Of a stretch of 41,944 nucleotides of DNA, positions 19,194 through 29,021 are shown piece by piece. The translations under genes and the position numbers were made by a program. This DNA is from Candidatus Eiseniibacteriota bacterium (GTDB lineage Bacteria; Orphanbacterota; Orphanbacteria; Orphanbacterales; Orphanbacteraceae). The stretch lies in contig JBDROZ010000061.1 in the NCBI GenBank assembly GCA_043809585.1, positions 1-41,944 on the forward strand. Direction: 5' to 3'. The notes under the pieces are model-generated. The model searched no databases, was not told the DNA's origin, and saw only the letters and a program-made list of their open reading frames with translations. The first letter of the stretch is position 1; each line of letters starts with the position of its first letter.

Positions 19194-21803
19194 TCAGTCC
19201 ACGGACGAGGATGAAGCCGCCTTGTCGCCGAAGACGTCCCTCGTCGTCACCCGGTTCCCGCTCACCGAAAGGCCCCGGTTCTCCACGGGGAACTCCTCCG
19301 ACGGGCTCCACGAGCCGGGCGCGCCGCTGTTCGTGTACTTGTACTCGACGCGCGTCCCCGCGGGGAAATCGAGGAGAAGGGACCAGACGCCGTCCTCCGC
19401 CGCGGCGTCGCCGTGGCTCCCGTCGTCGTACATGGCGACTTCGTTCGGCGTCCAGTTCGCGAGCTCCGGTTGGTTTCCGACGACATAGATCGCCTTCGTC
19501 ACCTTCTGCGCCGTGGCGTCGCACGTAAAGAGGACCGGCACCTTCTCGCCCGCGCCCATGGCCGTGGCGCCGCCCCCCGGCAACGGATCCTTCCGGCCTC
19601 CGCCGGAGAGGATCGAGGCCGGCACGTTCCCCTCGATCGCCGCGCCCGCTTCCTTCGCGTACCGGTAGACGTTGTTCACGTGGGTGAGGAAGGCAGCGTC
19701 GAAGGGATCGTCCCCGCCGGGGGCGTTTTGATCGTTCCCGTACCACCAGAGCCAGTCGGACCCTTCGGCGGCGTACATCTCCTCCCACGCCATGTAGGCC
19801 GCGTGGCCCGGTTCGCCCGGCCCGGGGGCCGGCGCTTCGAAGGGGGGCGCCGGGATCCCGGAGGCGGCGAGGGCCTCCCTGGTCTCTCCGAGCACGTCCC
19901 ACGCCCGGTTCTCCTCCGGCTCGCCGATCCAGGTGGCGAAGTTCGCGTCGATCCAGCTTCCCGGCCAGAGACGGTCCAAGGAGGCCATCGCCTCCACGGG
20001 ATGGGCGGGCACGCCCCGGTCCGGATTCCCCTCGATGTACTCGGTCATGGTGACGGTGACGATCTTCCTCTCGTCGTACAGCTTCGAGAGCTTCCGGTAA
20101 AGGGCGTGGAGGAAGTCCTTGCCGTCGTTGTCCCGGACGTACCACTCCCACGCGTTCTCGCCGTCCAGGATCACCGTGAGGAGATGGTCCTCGCCCCCCT
20201 TCTCCGGCGCCGCCGCCAAGACCTGACGGATGAAGTCGTCCGCCGCCTCCTCGCCGAAGAGGCGCTGGTAGCGGAATCCGATCCGGTCGGAGAGGGGCGT
20301 GTCCCGGAAGACCACCGCCACCGATCCGGTCCGCCCCCCTTCGGTCACTTCGACGCGGTAGGGCCTCGTGATCGGTTGTCCCGGCGGCGAGGAGCGCTGG
20401 AGCACGCGGTCCGCCGTCGCCATCCACCGGATGCCGTGGGCCGAGAGGACCGGCACGATCGCCTCCGAGACCGATCCCTCGCCGGGCCACATGCCCGCGG
20501 GGGCGCGGCCGAACAGGCTCTCGTAGAAGGGGACCGCCTTCGCCACCTGGGCCTCCGCGTCCTCGGGATGGGAGAAGCGCCGCGGCATGGCGTCGCCCGG
20601 CTGGCAGACGCGCGCCGCGTCGGTGTCGTAGACGAGAGGGAGGATCGGGTGGTAGTAGGGGGTGGTCATCACCTCGATCTGTCCGGAGCGGGTCTCGGGA
20701 TCGTACATCAGCTTCTCGTGGATCGGCACCACCGAAGCGAGCACTTTGTATGTCTCCGCCACGATCCGGTTCGCGTCCTCCTCCCGGACCGCGTGGGTGA
20801 GGCGGAAGGAGCCGTTCTCGTCCTCCGCGACGAGATCGGAAAGGTCCACCGTCCACCCGCCGGGAAGTTTGACCGGCCCCCGGAGGAAGTCCGGATCGAA
20901 CCAGGCGAGGTAGTGCCAGAACTTGATCGCCCGCTTCTCGTCCACCGAGAATCCCCCGCCTTTCGCCTTGAGCGCGGCGTACTGGGGGAACCGGGCGATG
21001 ACCACGTCGGAGACGCCGAAGGCGTTCCAGGGGTTCTTCCAGAGAAGGGCGTCCTCGTCGGGGCCGAAGGACTCGGTCGGCCGGAGGGCCAGGTCGATCC
21101 ACGGGTCCGTGCGCCCCCCCCACGCCTCGAGAAAGGGACTGGCATCGACCCGCCCCGCGCCGGCGTCGACGAAGGGGGCGAGCCTCTCGACGTAATACTT
21201 CTGGAGCTGGAAGAGAAGCACCGAAGTCAGGTTCACGTTGTAATGGACTTTCGGGTACGCCTCCAGGATGGCGGCCATGTCGTAGTAGTCCTTCGTGCCG
21301 TGGGCCCTCACCCAGGGCCCCTGGAGCTCGTCCCGGACGGGATCGAGGTAGAGAGGCTGGTGCTGGTGCCAGATGAGGTTCAAATAGATCCCGTCCCGGT
21401 CGGTCCCGTAATCGTCGGTGACCAGGAACTCCCGGTCCTCCTCGCGGAAGGAGACGGAGCCGTCCGCCTTCACCACCAGCAGCGAATTGAATCCGCCGTA
21501 GTTGTCGTCCACCTTGGTCGGGTTGTCCGGATCTTCCTTCCACTGGTTGCCGTCGACCACGAATTTGTACCGGTACATGCCCGGCTCGAGAGGAAGGACC
21601 ACGGACCAGACGTCGCCGTGGCGCGCCATGGGGGTGGCGTCGGAAGACCAGGCGTTCATCTCGCCCGCGAGGTGAACGCTCGTGGCGCCGGGCGACCGGT
21701 AGCTGAACTTCACGCCCCCGGGGGCCGCCTCAGGCAGAGCGGAAGCGGCCCCCGCGAGCAAGGCGCCCGCGAACACCGCGGCGAACAAAGACCGGATTCT
21801 CAT
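19194..21803 (-). CDS. Secreted GH57 amylopullulanase-like enzyme with N-terminal CBM48-like and C-terminal CBM20-like modules
   Basis: Signal peptide; VHLAGEMNAW...YKFVVDG; IWHQHQP, GMWPGEGSVS, ILDGENAWE, AEGSDWLWW; IYVVGNQPELANW...VEYKY. Confidence 0.85.
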   Translation of the reverse strand: MRIRSLFAAVFAGALLAGAASALPEAAPGGVKFSYRSPGATSVHLAGEMNAWSSDATPMARHGDVWSVVLPLEPGMYRYKFVVDGNQWKEDPDNPTKVDDNYGGFNSLLVVKADGSVSFREEDREFLVTDDYGTDRDGIYLNLIWHQHQPLYLDPVRDELQGPWVRAHGTKDYYDMAAILEAYPKVHYNVNLTSVLLFQLQKYYVERLAPFVDAGAGRVDASPFLEAWGGRTDPWIDLALRPTESFGPDEDALLWKNPWNAFGVSDVVIARFPQYAALKAKGGGFSVDEKRAIKFWHYLAWFDPDFLRGPVKLPGGWTVDLSDLVAEDENGSFRLTHAVREEDANRIVAETYKVLASVVPIHEKLMYDPETRSGQIEVMTTPYYHPILPLVYDTDAARVCQPGDAMPRRFSHPEDAEAQVAKAVPFYESLFGRAPAGMWPGEGSVSEAIVPVLSAHGIRWMATADRVLQRSSPPGQPITRPYRVEVTEGGRTGSVAVVFRDTPLSDRIGFRYQRLFGEEAADDFIRQVLAAAPEKGGEDHLLTVILDGENAWEWYVRDNDGKDFLHALYRKLSKLYDERKIVTVTMTEYIEGNPDRGVPAHPVEAMASLDRLWPGSWIDANFATWIGEPEENRAWDVLGETREALAASGIPAPPFEAPAPGPGEPGHAAYMAWEEMYAAEGSDWLWWYGNDQNAPGGDDPFDAAFLTHVNNVYRYAKEAGAAIEGNVPASILSGGGRKDPLPGGGATAMGAGEKVPVLFTCDATAQKVTKAIYVVGNQPELANWTPNEVAMYDDGSHGDAAAEDGVWSLLLDFPAGTRVEYKYTNSGAPGSWSPSEEFPVENRGLSVSGNRVTTRDVFGDKAASSSSVD

Positions 21804-21960
21804 AGTTTCATTCCTCCTCGGCCGAAGAGCGGACCGCCCCGCAGCAGTCGCTTATTGTACTGCGAAACTCCCGCCGGGTGAACGGCGACGAGAAAAACCC
21901 GCCGCGGAAAAACGAAGAGAACGGGGAGAAAAAAAATCGCGTTTCCCCTTCATCTTCCGC

Positions 21961-21989
21961 TTGCACTATTCCGGCGGACTTTGTATCAT
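21961..21989 (+). promoter_or_regulatory. Putative sigma70 promoter
   Basis: TTGCAC-N17-TATCAT. Confidence 0.5.
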
Positions 21990-21995
21990 ATGCCT

Positions 21996-22126
21996 TGTCT
22001 CGAATCGGTGAATCCGGTGAGCGATCGGCTCGCCGATGGATTGGGGTGGTCTCCGGGTTGGTGTAAAAGGGGAACTCTTCCTCTTTCACCCAGCGGGCGT
22101 AGCCCGGGCCGCCCCATTTTTCTTTG
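21996..22126 (+). ncRNA. Candidate structured small RNA or attenuator leader
   Basis: Follows the promoter; two stem-loops, the second closing GGGGTGGTC...GGCCGCCCC and followed by ATTTTTCTTT. Confidence 0.35.
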
Positions 22127-22145
22127 GGTTCTCAAGGGTTGTGTG

Positions 22146-24239
22146 GTGGCACCGATTCATCCCCGCTCATCTCCCGGACGGGAGAAAACGACACACCGGC
22201 TCGTTCTCGCGGCGATCCTCCTCGCGACTCTCTTCCTCCGGCTCCTCTTCGTGTTTCATGTCGAACGATCGGAACTGACGGACGACATGGCGGGGGACGT
22301 CCGTCCTTACCGGGAGCGGGCGGGCGAAATCCTCCGGGGGGACCTGATCGGGAGCGAGGTCTTCTTCGATGCGCCCCTCTTCCCCTACTTCCTCGCCCTT
22401 TTCGGCGCCGGTCCCGGCGGCCCGGAAGCGCCCGCGAAGGCCGTGAACGCCCTCCTGGACACGGCGAGCGCCTTTCTCCTGTTTCTCCTGACACGGACGG
22501 CGTTCGGCGCCGGGGCCGGTCTCCTCGCCCCCCTGCTCTACGGGCTCTACGGCTTCGGTCTCTTCTACGACGGGCTTCTCCTGAAGCCCCCGCTCGCCAT
22601 CTTCCTTCTGCTCCTCTCCGCCCGGAAAGTCCTGACCGGGCGGGGGCTTTCCGCGGGGATCTCCCTCGGTCTCGCGGCGCTCGTGCGGGGGAACTTCCTC
22701 CTCCTCGCGCCGGTCTGGCTGCTCGTCGCCGGCCGGTCTTCCCGGCGCTCCGCCGGCCGGCTCGCCATCGGCCTCCTCCTGCCGGTGCTCGCCGTGACGG
22801 TCCGGAACGGCGTTGTGGGGGGCGACTTCGTCCCCCTCACCTACCACGCCGGCCCGACCTTCTATCATGGCAACCACTCGGGGTCCCGGGGGATCTACGC
22901 GCCCATCGTTCCGGGCCGCCAGAATCCTCCATATGAAAAGGAAGACGCGGTTCGGATCGCCGAAGAGGAGGAAGGACGAAAACTGCGGCCGTCGGAGGTG
23001 AACCGCTTCTGGTTCCGTCGGGCCCTCTCCTTCATCGCCGAGGACCCGGCGCGGTTCCGGGCGCTCACGCTCCGGCGGGCCGGGCTCTTCTGGCGGGGGG
23101 AGGAAATCCCGGACACCTTCGATTTCCGGATCTACCGCCGGTATTTCCCCGAGCTATCCGCGGCGCTTCTCGGGTTCGGCGTGATCGCCCCGCTCGGGGT
23201 CCTCGGTTGGTTCTATCCCCGGAGGCTCCGGGGGGCGGATCTCCTCTTCCCCGGCTCCGTGCTCGTCTTCTTCCTGACCCTCTCCTTGCTCTTCGTCTTC
23301 GGCCGGTACCGGCTTCCGGTGGTCCCCTTTCTCATCCCCACCGCCGCCCGGTATCTCGCTCATGCCGGCGGCCTCGCGGCGGGCCGTCTTTGGCGGCCCC
23401 TCGCCCGCGCCGCCCTGCCGGCGGCGGCCCTGATCGTCCTCGCGAACGCCGGCGGCCCCGTCGTGGGCCCCGCGGGCGGCCTCTACAACATGGGAATACG
23501 CTTCGAGTCCCTCGGGCGGACGGAGGAGGCGGAGGCGATGTACAGGGAGGCGACGGAGGCGAGCCCCGGCTTCCCGTCGGCGTGGAACAACCTCGGCGGA
23601 ATTCTCCTCGGGAAGGGGGACCGGGCCGGGGCCGCCGCCGCCTTCGATCGCGCGATCGAGGCGGATTCCGATCATGTCCGTGCCCGGCGGAACGCGGCGT
23701 TTCTCGCCCGGGACGAGGGTCGATTCGAGGATGCCCGGCGGCATCTCCTGCGGGCCCTCGCCGCGGAGAGGTCGGCGGAGAACCTGACCGATCTCGCCGT
23801 AATCGAGGAGGTCACGGGACACACGGAGGAGGCCGAATCCCTCTATCGTGAGGCGCTGGAGAAGGACCCCGGTCAGGGAGAAGGGGCGGCGAACCTCGGA
23901 CGGCTTCTCGCGATCTCGGGACGGGCGGAGGAGGCGATCCCCCTCCTCGAGATCGGGGCCCGGCAACTCCCGGACGAGCCTTCCCCCCCCCTCTATCTCG
24001 CCCTCGCCCATGCCCAGACGGGCGATTTCGACGCGGCGGAAGAGGCATTGAAGCGGGCGGAAAGGGCCGGGGCGGACGTCCGGGCCCGGATTCTCGAGGG
24101 GCGGCTCCTCGCGGCCCGGGGGGACGCCGCGGGGGCCGCCGCCGTCCTCGCGCGGGCCCGGGCCGAGGGCCTCCCGGACGACGCCACGGTGCGCCTCTTT
24201 CTCGGCGTCTCCCTTCGATGGGACGGGCGCGGACGCTGA
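22146..24239 (+). CDS. GT-C fold (ArnT/PMT-like) membrane glycosyltransferase with C-terminal TPR repeats
   Basis: Multiple TM helices, APLFPYFLA, LVRGNFL, GPTFYHGN, GRYRLPV; TPRs such as AWNNLGGIL; start approximate. Confidence 0.75.
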   Translation: MAPIHPRSSPGREKTTHRLVLAAILLATLFLRLLFVFHVERSELTDDMAGDVRPYRERAGEILRGDLIGSEVFFDAPLFPYFLALFGAGPGGPEAPAKAVNALLDTASAFLLFLLTRTAFGAGAGLLAPLLYGLYGFGLFYDGLLLKPPLAIFLLLLSARKVLTGRGLSAGISLGLAALVRGNFLLLAPVWLLVAGRSSRRSAGRLAIGLLLPVLAVTVRNGVVGGDFVPLTYHAGPTFYHGNHSGSRGIYAPIVPGRQNPPYEKEDAVRIAEEEEGRKLRPSEVNRFWFRRALSFIAEDPARFRALTLRRAGLFWRGEEIPDTFDFRIYRRYFPELSAALLGFGVIAPLGVLGWFYPRRLRGADLLFPGSVLVFFLTLSLLFVFGRYRLPVVPFLIPTAARYLAHAGGLAAGRLWRPLARAALPAAALIVLANAGGPVVGPAGGLYNMGIRFESLGRTEEAEAMYREATEASPGFPSAWNNLGGILLGKGDRAGAAAAFDRAIEADSDHVRARRNAAFLARDEGRFEDARRHLLRALAAERSAENLTDLAVIEEVTGHTEEAESLYREALEKDPGQGEGAANLGRLLAISGRAEEAIPLLEIGARQLPDEPSPPLYLALAHAQTGDFDAAEEALKRAERAGADVRARILEGRLLAARGDAAGAAAVLARARAEGLPDDATVRLFLGVSLRWDGRGR

Positions 24240-24341
24240 TCGATGGGGGTTCCCCCCGTCTCGATTCCACGATATGATTGTACGGCTTTGGTCGAGGCGG
24301 CCCGTCCCCGGGCGGGGAGGGCTCTACTCAAGGAGATCGCC

Positions 24342-25550
24342 ATGGACACGAGAGCGTACATCGAGCTGGAAGACCGGTACGGCGCCCACAATTACCATCC
24401 CCTCGACGTGGTCGTCGCGAAGGCCGAAGGCGTTTGGGTGTGGGATGTGGACGGGAAGAAGTACCTCGATTGCCTGGCCGCCTACTCGGCGGTGAACCAG
24501 GGGCACTGCCACCCCCGTTTGGTGAAGGTCATGAAGGAGCAGGCGGCGAAGGTCACTCTGACCTCGCGGGCGTTCCGGAACGACCAACTCGGCCTCCTGT
24601 ACAAGGACATGGTCGGGATGACGGGGATGGAGAAGATGCTCCCCATGAACACCGGCGCCGAGGCGGTGGAGACCGCGATCAAGGCGGCCCGCAAATGGGG
24701 CTACACGGTTAAGGGGATCCCGGAGAACAAAGCGGAGATCATCGTCTGCACGGACAACTTCCACGGCCGGACGACCACGATCGTCGGCTTCTCGAGCGAG
24801 CGGCAGTACCGTGAAGGTTTCGGGCCGTTCACGCCGGGGTTCAAAATCATTCCCTACGGCGATCTCGCCGCCCTTGCCGGTGCGATCACGCCCAACACCT
24901 GCGCCTTTCTGGTCGAGCCGATCCAGGGGGAGGCGGGAATCATCATCCCCCGGGACGGTTACCTGAAAGAGGCGGAGACGCTCTGCCGGAAGAACACCGT
25001 CCTCCTGATCCTGGACGAGATCCAGTCCGGACTCGGCCGGACGGGCAAGCTCTTCGCCCACGAATGGGAGAACGTGAAGCCCGACGGGTTGATCATCGGC
25101 AAGGCCCTCTCCGGCGGGTTCTACCCCGTTTCGGCGTTCCTCTCCCGGGCGGACGTGATGGACGTCTTCCACCCGGGCGACCACGGCAGCACGTTCGGCG
25201 GCAATCCCCTCGGCTGCGCCGTGGCCCGGGAGGCCCTCGCCGTGATCCGGGAGGAGAAGCTCGTGGAGAACGCGGCGAAGGTCGGGCCGTACTTCATGGA
25301 GAAGCTCCGGGCCATCCGCTCCGATCGCCTGAAGGAAGTCCGGGGCCGGGGCCTCTGGATCGCCGTCGAGCTGGACCGGCCCGCCCGCCCCGACTGCGAA
25401 GCCCTCCAGGAGAGGGGGATGCTCTGCAAGGAGACCCACGCGAACGTGATCCGCATCGCGCCCCCCCTCACCATCACCAAGGAAGAGGTGGATTGGGCCG
25501 CCGGACGGATCAAAGAAGTCCTCGAGCAGCCCGCGACGGCCGTCGTCTAG
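24342..25550 (+). CDS. rocD: Ornithine--oxo-acid transaminase
   Basis: [76 protein letters not shown]. Confidence 0.92.
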   Translation: MDTRAYIELEDRYGAHNYHPLDVVVAKAEGVWVWDVDGKKYLDCLAAYSAVNQGHCHPRLVKVMKEQAAKVTLTSRAFRNDQLGLLYKDMVGMTGMEKMLPMNTGAEAVETAIKAARKWGYTVKGIPENKAEIIVCTDNFHGRTTTIVGFSSERQYREGFGPFTPGFKIIPYGDLAALAGAITPNTCAFLVEPIQGEAGIIIPRDGYLKEAETLCRKNTVLLILDEIQSGLGRTGKLFAHEWENVKPDGLIIGKALSGGFYPVSAFLSRADVMDVFHPGDHGSTFGGNPLGCAVAREALAVIREEKLVENAAKVGPYFMEKLRAIRSDRLKEVRGRGLWIAVELDRPARPDCEALQERGMLCKETHANVIRIAPPLTITKEEVDWAAGRIKEVLEQPATAVV

Positions 25551-25781
25551 CCGCCGCGAAACATGACGACCCTCCCGGGGCGGGGCCCGAAAGCCCGCCA
25601 CGTCTTCCTTCTATTCCTCTAGGACAAGCGTTGCCACGCTCCACCCACAACCTCTTTTAACACAACCGGTTAGAACTCGGACGGGATGAAATCCGCGCTT
25701 GTCGCACTCCACAGGTCCGCGCGGCAAGTGTTGGTCACACACGCTCATTCACCTCTCCGCCCTCAGGGCCGACCATTCCTC

Positions 25782-25834
25782 TTGACTTCGAGCCACCGAG
25801 CGCCTATCATTCCATTGATTAATTGAACGATAGG
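25782..25834 (+). promoter_or_regulatory. sigma70 promoter with overlapping palindromic ArsR-type operator
   Basis: TTGACT (25782-87)-N17-TATCAT (25805-10); imperfect 32-bp palindrome CCTATCATTCCATTGATTAATTGAACGATAGG (25803-25834). Confidence 0.7.
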
Positions 25835-25846
25835 AGAAACACCCCT

Positions 25847-26521
25847 ATGCACAGCCGAGACTTCAAGGATGCGGTGTTCGAGCACTTCGCCCGAATGGCG
25901 CACGCGTTCGCGGCTCCGAAACGACTCGAAATCATTGATATCCTCGCCCAGGGGGAGAGAGACGTGGAGACTCTTGCCCGGGAAGCCCGCGCAACCGTCG
26001 CCAATACATCGCGCCACCTCCAGATTCTCAAGCAAGCCCGGCTTGTCGGCGCCCGCAAGGAAGGGCCTCGCGCATTCTATCGCTTGGCCGACCCGGCCGT
26101 CTTTCGCTGTTGGAAGCACCTGCAGGGCCTCGCGGAAAGCCAGCTTCCGGAAGTGCGGGACGCGATTCGCGACTATTCCGAGGATCGCGACCGGATGGAG
26201 CCGATTTCGCGGGACGAACTCCGAAGGAGGGTTCGCCGAGGCGAGGTCATCGTACTCGACGTAAGGCCGCCCGAGGAATTCAAAGCCGGCCACATACGCG
26301 GGGCCGTCTCCGTGCCGCTCTCCGAGATCACGCGGCGCCTCGGAGAGATTCCGACGGACCGCGAAGTCGTAGCCTACTGCCGGGGTCCTTACTGTGTCTT
26401 GTCCGTCGAAGCGGTCGCTCTCCTTCGGAAGGCCGGGCGCCGCGCCGTTCGCCTCGCGGACGGCCTCCCCGAGTGGCGAGAGGCCGGGCTTGCCGTCGAA
26501 ACGGGAAGCGCAGAGGAGTGA
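25847..26521 (+). CDS. ArsR/SmtB transcriptional regulator fused to a rhodanese domain
   Basis: PKRLEIIDILAQGER, ANTSRHLQILK (HTH); LDVRPPEEFKAGHIRGA and VAYCRGPYC (rhodanese). Confidence 0.9.
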   Translation: MHSRDFKDAVFEHFARMAHAFAAPKRLEIIDILAQGERDVETLAREARATVANTSRHLQILKQARLVGARKEGPRAFYRLADPAVFRCWKHLQGLAESQLPEVRDAIRDYSEDRDRMEPISRDELRRRVRRGEVIVLDVRPPEEFKAGHIRGAVSVPLSEITRRLGEIPTDREVVAYCRGPYCVLSVEAVALLRKAGRRAVRLADGLPEWREAGLAVETGSAEE

Positions 26522-26531
26522 AAACGGCTCT

Positions 26532-27737
26532 ATGAGCAAGAAGACCCGCATCGTCATCCTCGGTGCGTCCTTTGGGGGCCTGACCGTGGCCCATGAACTG
26601 CGCCGCCTACTCCCATCCGGCGAACGGGAGATCACCGTAGTCGCCCGGGACGACCACTTCGTCTTCATCCCGTCGTTGCCATGGGTGGCCCTGGGGCGGA
26701 GGACCATGGCACAGATTTCATTCCCCGTTGCGCCCACTCTCAGATCTCGCGGTATCGACTTCGTATCGGGGGAAGTCGCTCGAATCGACCCCCAAGGACA
26801 GAAAGTCCATTTCGGCGAGAGCGCGCTGGACTACGACTTCGTCGTGATCGCGACCGGTCACCGAAGCGCCAATGAAGCCGTCCCCGGGCTCGGACCCTTC
26901 GACGGCCCGGGCCACTCCCTCATGTCCCCCCCCGAAACAGAGGAAGCGCGGGATGCGTGGTCGGCATTCCTCGAAGACCCGGGGCCCGTCGTCATCGGTT
27001 GCGCCGCCGGGGCGAGTTGCCTGGGCCCAGCATACGAGTTCGCCTTCGAGATCGATCACGCTCTCAAGAGACGAAAGATGCGCCACCGCGTGCCCATAAC
27101 GTTCGTCACCCCGGAGCCGTTTCTCGGGCACTTCGGCGTGGGCGGCATGGGGCGTGCGCGGCAGTTCCTGGAAGGTGAATTCGAGCACCGGGACATCAAC
27201 TATCTTACCTCGGTGGTGGTCTCGAAGATTACCGCTTCGTCCGTGGAGCTCGAAGACGGCACGGCCTTCGAATCCCGCTACTCGCTCATCATCCCCCCGC
27301 TGGCGGGCGTGAAGGCGGTCTCGGTGTCGACCGGGTTAGGCAATCCGAAGGGCTTCGTCCCCGTGAACGACGAGTATCGCCACGGGGAATTCGGCAACGT
27401 CTACGCGGTCGGGGTCGCCGTGGCGTATCCGCCGGTGGGCGAGACGCCCGTGCCGGTGAACTTCCCCAAGACCGGGCACATGACCGTGCAAATGGCCAGG
27501 GCCGCGGCGCGCAACATCGCGGCCGACATCCATGGCGGCGACCGTGTAGCGAGACCACCGTTCGTGCACTGCATCATGGACATGGGCGATACGGCGGCGC
27601 GCATGCGGGCCGACCCGGTGCGTCCGCCTCGAAACCACGTCGACATGAGCGTGGGCCGTCGCTGGCTCTGGGCGAAGAAGGCTTATGAGCGCTACTTTCT
27701 GTGGAAGATGATGACCGGAAGCACGTGGCTGCCATAG
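26532..27737 (+). CDS. sqr: Sulfide:quinone oxidoreductase-family FAD oxidoreductase
   Basis: IVILGASFGGL, FIPSLPWV, GASCLGPAYEF, TPEPFLGHFG, PKTGHM, CIMDMGD. Confidence 0.8.
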   Translation: MSKKTRIVILGASFGGLTVAHELRRLLPSGEREITVVARDDHFVFIPSLPWVALGRRTMAQISFPVAPTLRSRGIDFVSGEVARIDPQGQKVHFGESALDYDFVVIATGHRSANEAVPGLGPFDGPGHSLMSPPETEEARDAWSAFLEDPGPVVIGCAAGASCLGPAYEFAFEIDHALKRRKMRHRVPITFVTPEPFLGHFGVGGMGRARQFLEGEFEHRDINYLTSVVVSKITASSVELEDGTAFESRYSLIIPPLAGVKAVSVSTGLGNPKGFVPVNDEYRHGEFGNVYAVGVAVAYPPVGETPVPVNFPKTGHMTVQMARAAARNIAADIHGGDRVARPPFVHCIMDMGDTAARMRADPVRPPRNHVDMSVGRRWLWAKKAYERYFLWKMMTGSTWLP

Positions 27738-27773
27738 CTCACCCGAGGAGAAACCCACGAGGAGACGGTGCCC

Positions 27774-28124
27774 ATGAAAACACTGATCGTTCTTAACGAT
27801 CCCCCATACGGAACCGAGCGGAGCTACAACGGCCTCCGGCTTGCCGGCTCCCTCTCCAAGCGGGGAGGGGAAGAGGTCCGCGTGTTCCTCATCGGAGACG
27901 CGTCCCCCTGCGCCAAGCGCGGCCAGAAGGTGCCCAATGGGTACTACAGTCTGGAGCGCATGTTGCGACCCCTCGCCCGACGGCCGGGTGCGGTCGGCGT
28001 CTGTGGCTCCTGCATGGATGCCCGGGGCATGGCCGATTCCGAGCTCGTCGAGAATACGCATCGAAGCTCTATGGACGAGCTTACCGACTGGACACTCTGG
28101 GCAGATCGGGTGCTGGTCTTCTAA
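27774..28124 (+). CDS. DsrE/DsrF-like (YchN-type) sulfur relay protein
   Basis: NDPPYGTERSYNGLRLA, VFLIGDA, CGSCMDARG, WADRVLVF. Confidence 0.85.
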   Translation: MKTLIVLNDPPYGTERSYNGLRLAGSLSKRGGEEVRVFLIGDASPCAKRGQKVPNGYYSLERMLRPLARRPGAVGVCGSCMDARGMADSELVENTHRSSMDELTDWTLWADRVLVF

Positions 28125-28140
28125 TCAAAGGGGGTAAGAG

Positions 28141-28746
28141 ATGACACGGATTCCGGTCAACACGCTCCTCGTTCTCGCTCTTCTCATCCCGATCGCCGCC
28201 TCAGCCTACCCGCCGGCAGTCGGCATCCTCGGGCCAAGTCGTTCCTGCACGGACTGTCACGCAAGCAATGGCCCATGGAAAGACGAGGCCGCAACGATCG
28301 TAGACGTCTTGGACGCCACGACGCGCCGCTCGCTCCTTCAGCCTGACGGCGGCTTCCTACTTCAGGTGGAGCGAGGAACGACCAAGAAGGTGATCACCGT
28401 CATTGGCCGCAAGGCAGGCGACAAGATCTCCCCGCCCATACGCAACGCATGGCTCTACGTGGACCCGATGCAGCTCGATACCGGAGCACTATCCAAGTTC
28501 GCGCCCGGCTGGGACGTAAACCTCCCGATGGCCTGCCGGATAGTGGGCGACGAGATCCCGGAGTACCCCGGCGCGGCCGTGACCGCCCTGCCCATGACGG
28601 TGCGAGCGGGAGATGCCTCGAGGAATGCCGAGTTGGAGCTCCAGGTGATGCTTACCCGCGGCGTTTCGGCCAAAGGAAACCCCGACGCCTGGCTCGAGGC
28701 CAACTACATGCTCAAGAAGCTGGTTCTGGAGGTAGTGGACCCGTAG
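28141..28746 (+). CDS. Hypothetical exported protein with one CXXCH motif
   Basis: Signal peptide ending ASA-YP; SCTDCH near the mature N-terminus. Confidence 0.7.
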   Translation: MTRIPVNTLLVLALLIPIAASAYPPAVGILGPSRSCTDCHASNGPWKDEAATIVDVLDATTRRSLLQPDGGFLLQVERGTTKKVITVIGRKAGDKISPPIRNAWLYVDPMQLDTGALSKFAPGWDVNLPMACRIVGDEIPEYPGAAVTALPMTVRAGDASRNAELELQVMLTRGVSAKGNPDAWLEANYMLKKLVLEVVDP

Positions 28747-28946
28747 GGGGAGCTTTTTCGCCATGATCGAGCGATTGACATGGTTCGCCATGGGCCGCCC
28801 GGAAACGACCTTGGGGATCGTGGTTCACGTGACCGTTGCGTTCGCGCACCAGTTCCCGAGGACCCACATCGACACCGAGACGCTCCGCCGCCGCCGATAA
28901 GACGGGCCGGTCGTGGAACTTGTCGTGGACTCGGGCGTCCCTGTTC

Positions 28947-28975
28947 TTGCAAAGGGCGGGCCGAGGGACTATACT
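28947..28975 (+). promoter_or_regulatory. Putative sigma70 promoter for the leader and RND operon
   Basis: TTGCAA-N17-TATACT. Confidence 0.5.
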
Positions 28976-29021
28976 GATGGTTGTGATAGGAAACCTCGAA
29001 CCGCGAATTCACAAGGGCAGT

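Noticed and set aside
25551-25781. Island attachment site or integrase remnant at the left border of the sulfur/metal block
   Set aside because: No tRNA, integrase or matching direct repeat near 35405 could be identified by eye
25847-28746. Selenocysteine readthrough in the sulfur genes
   Set aside because: All expected catalytic positions are ordinary Cys codons and the ORFs look full length
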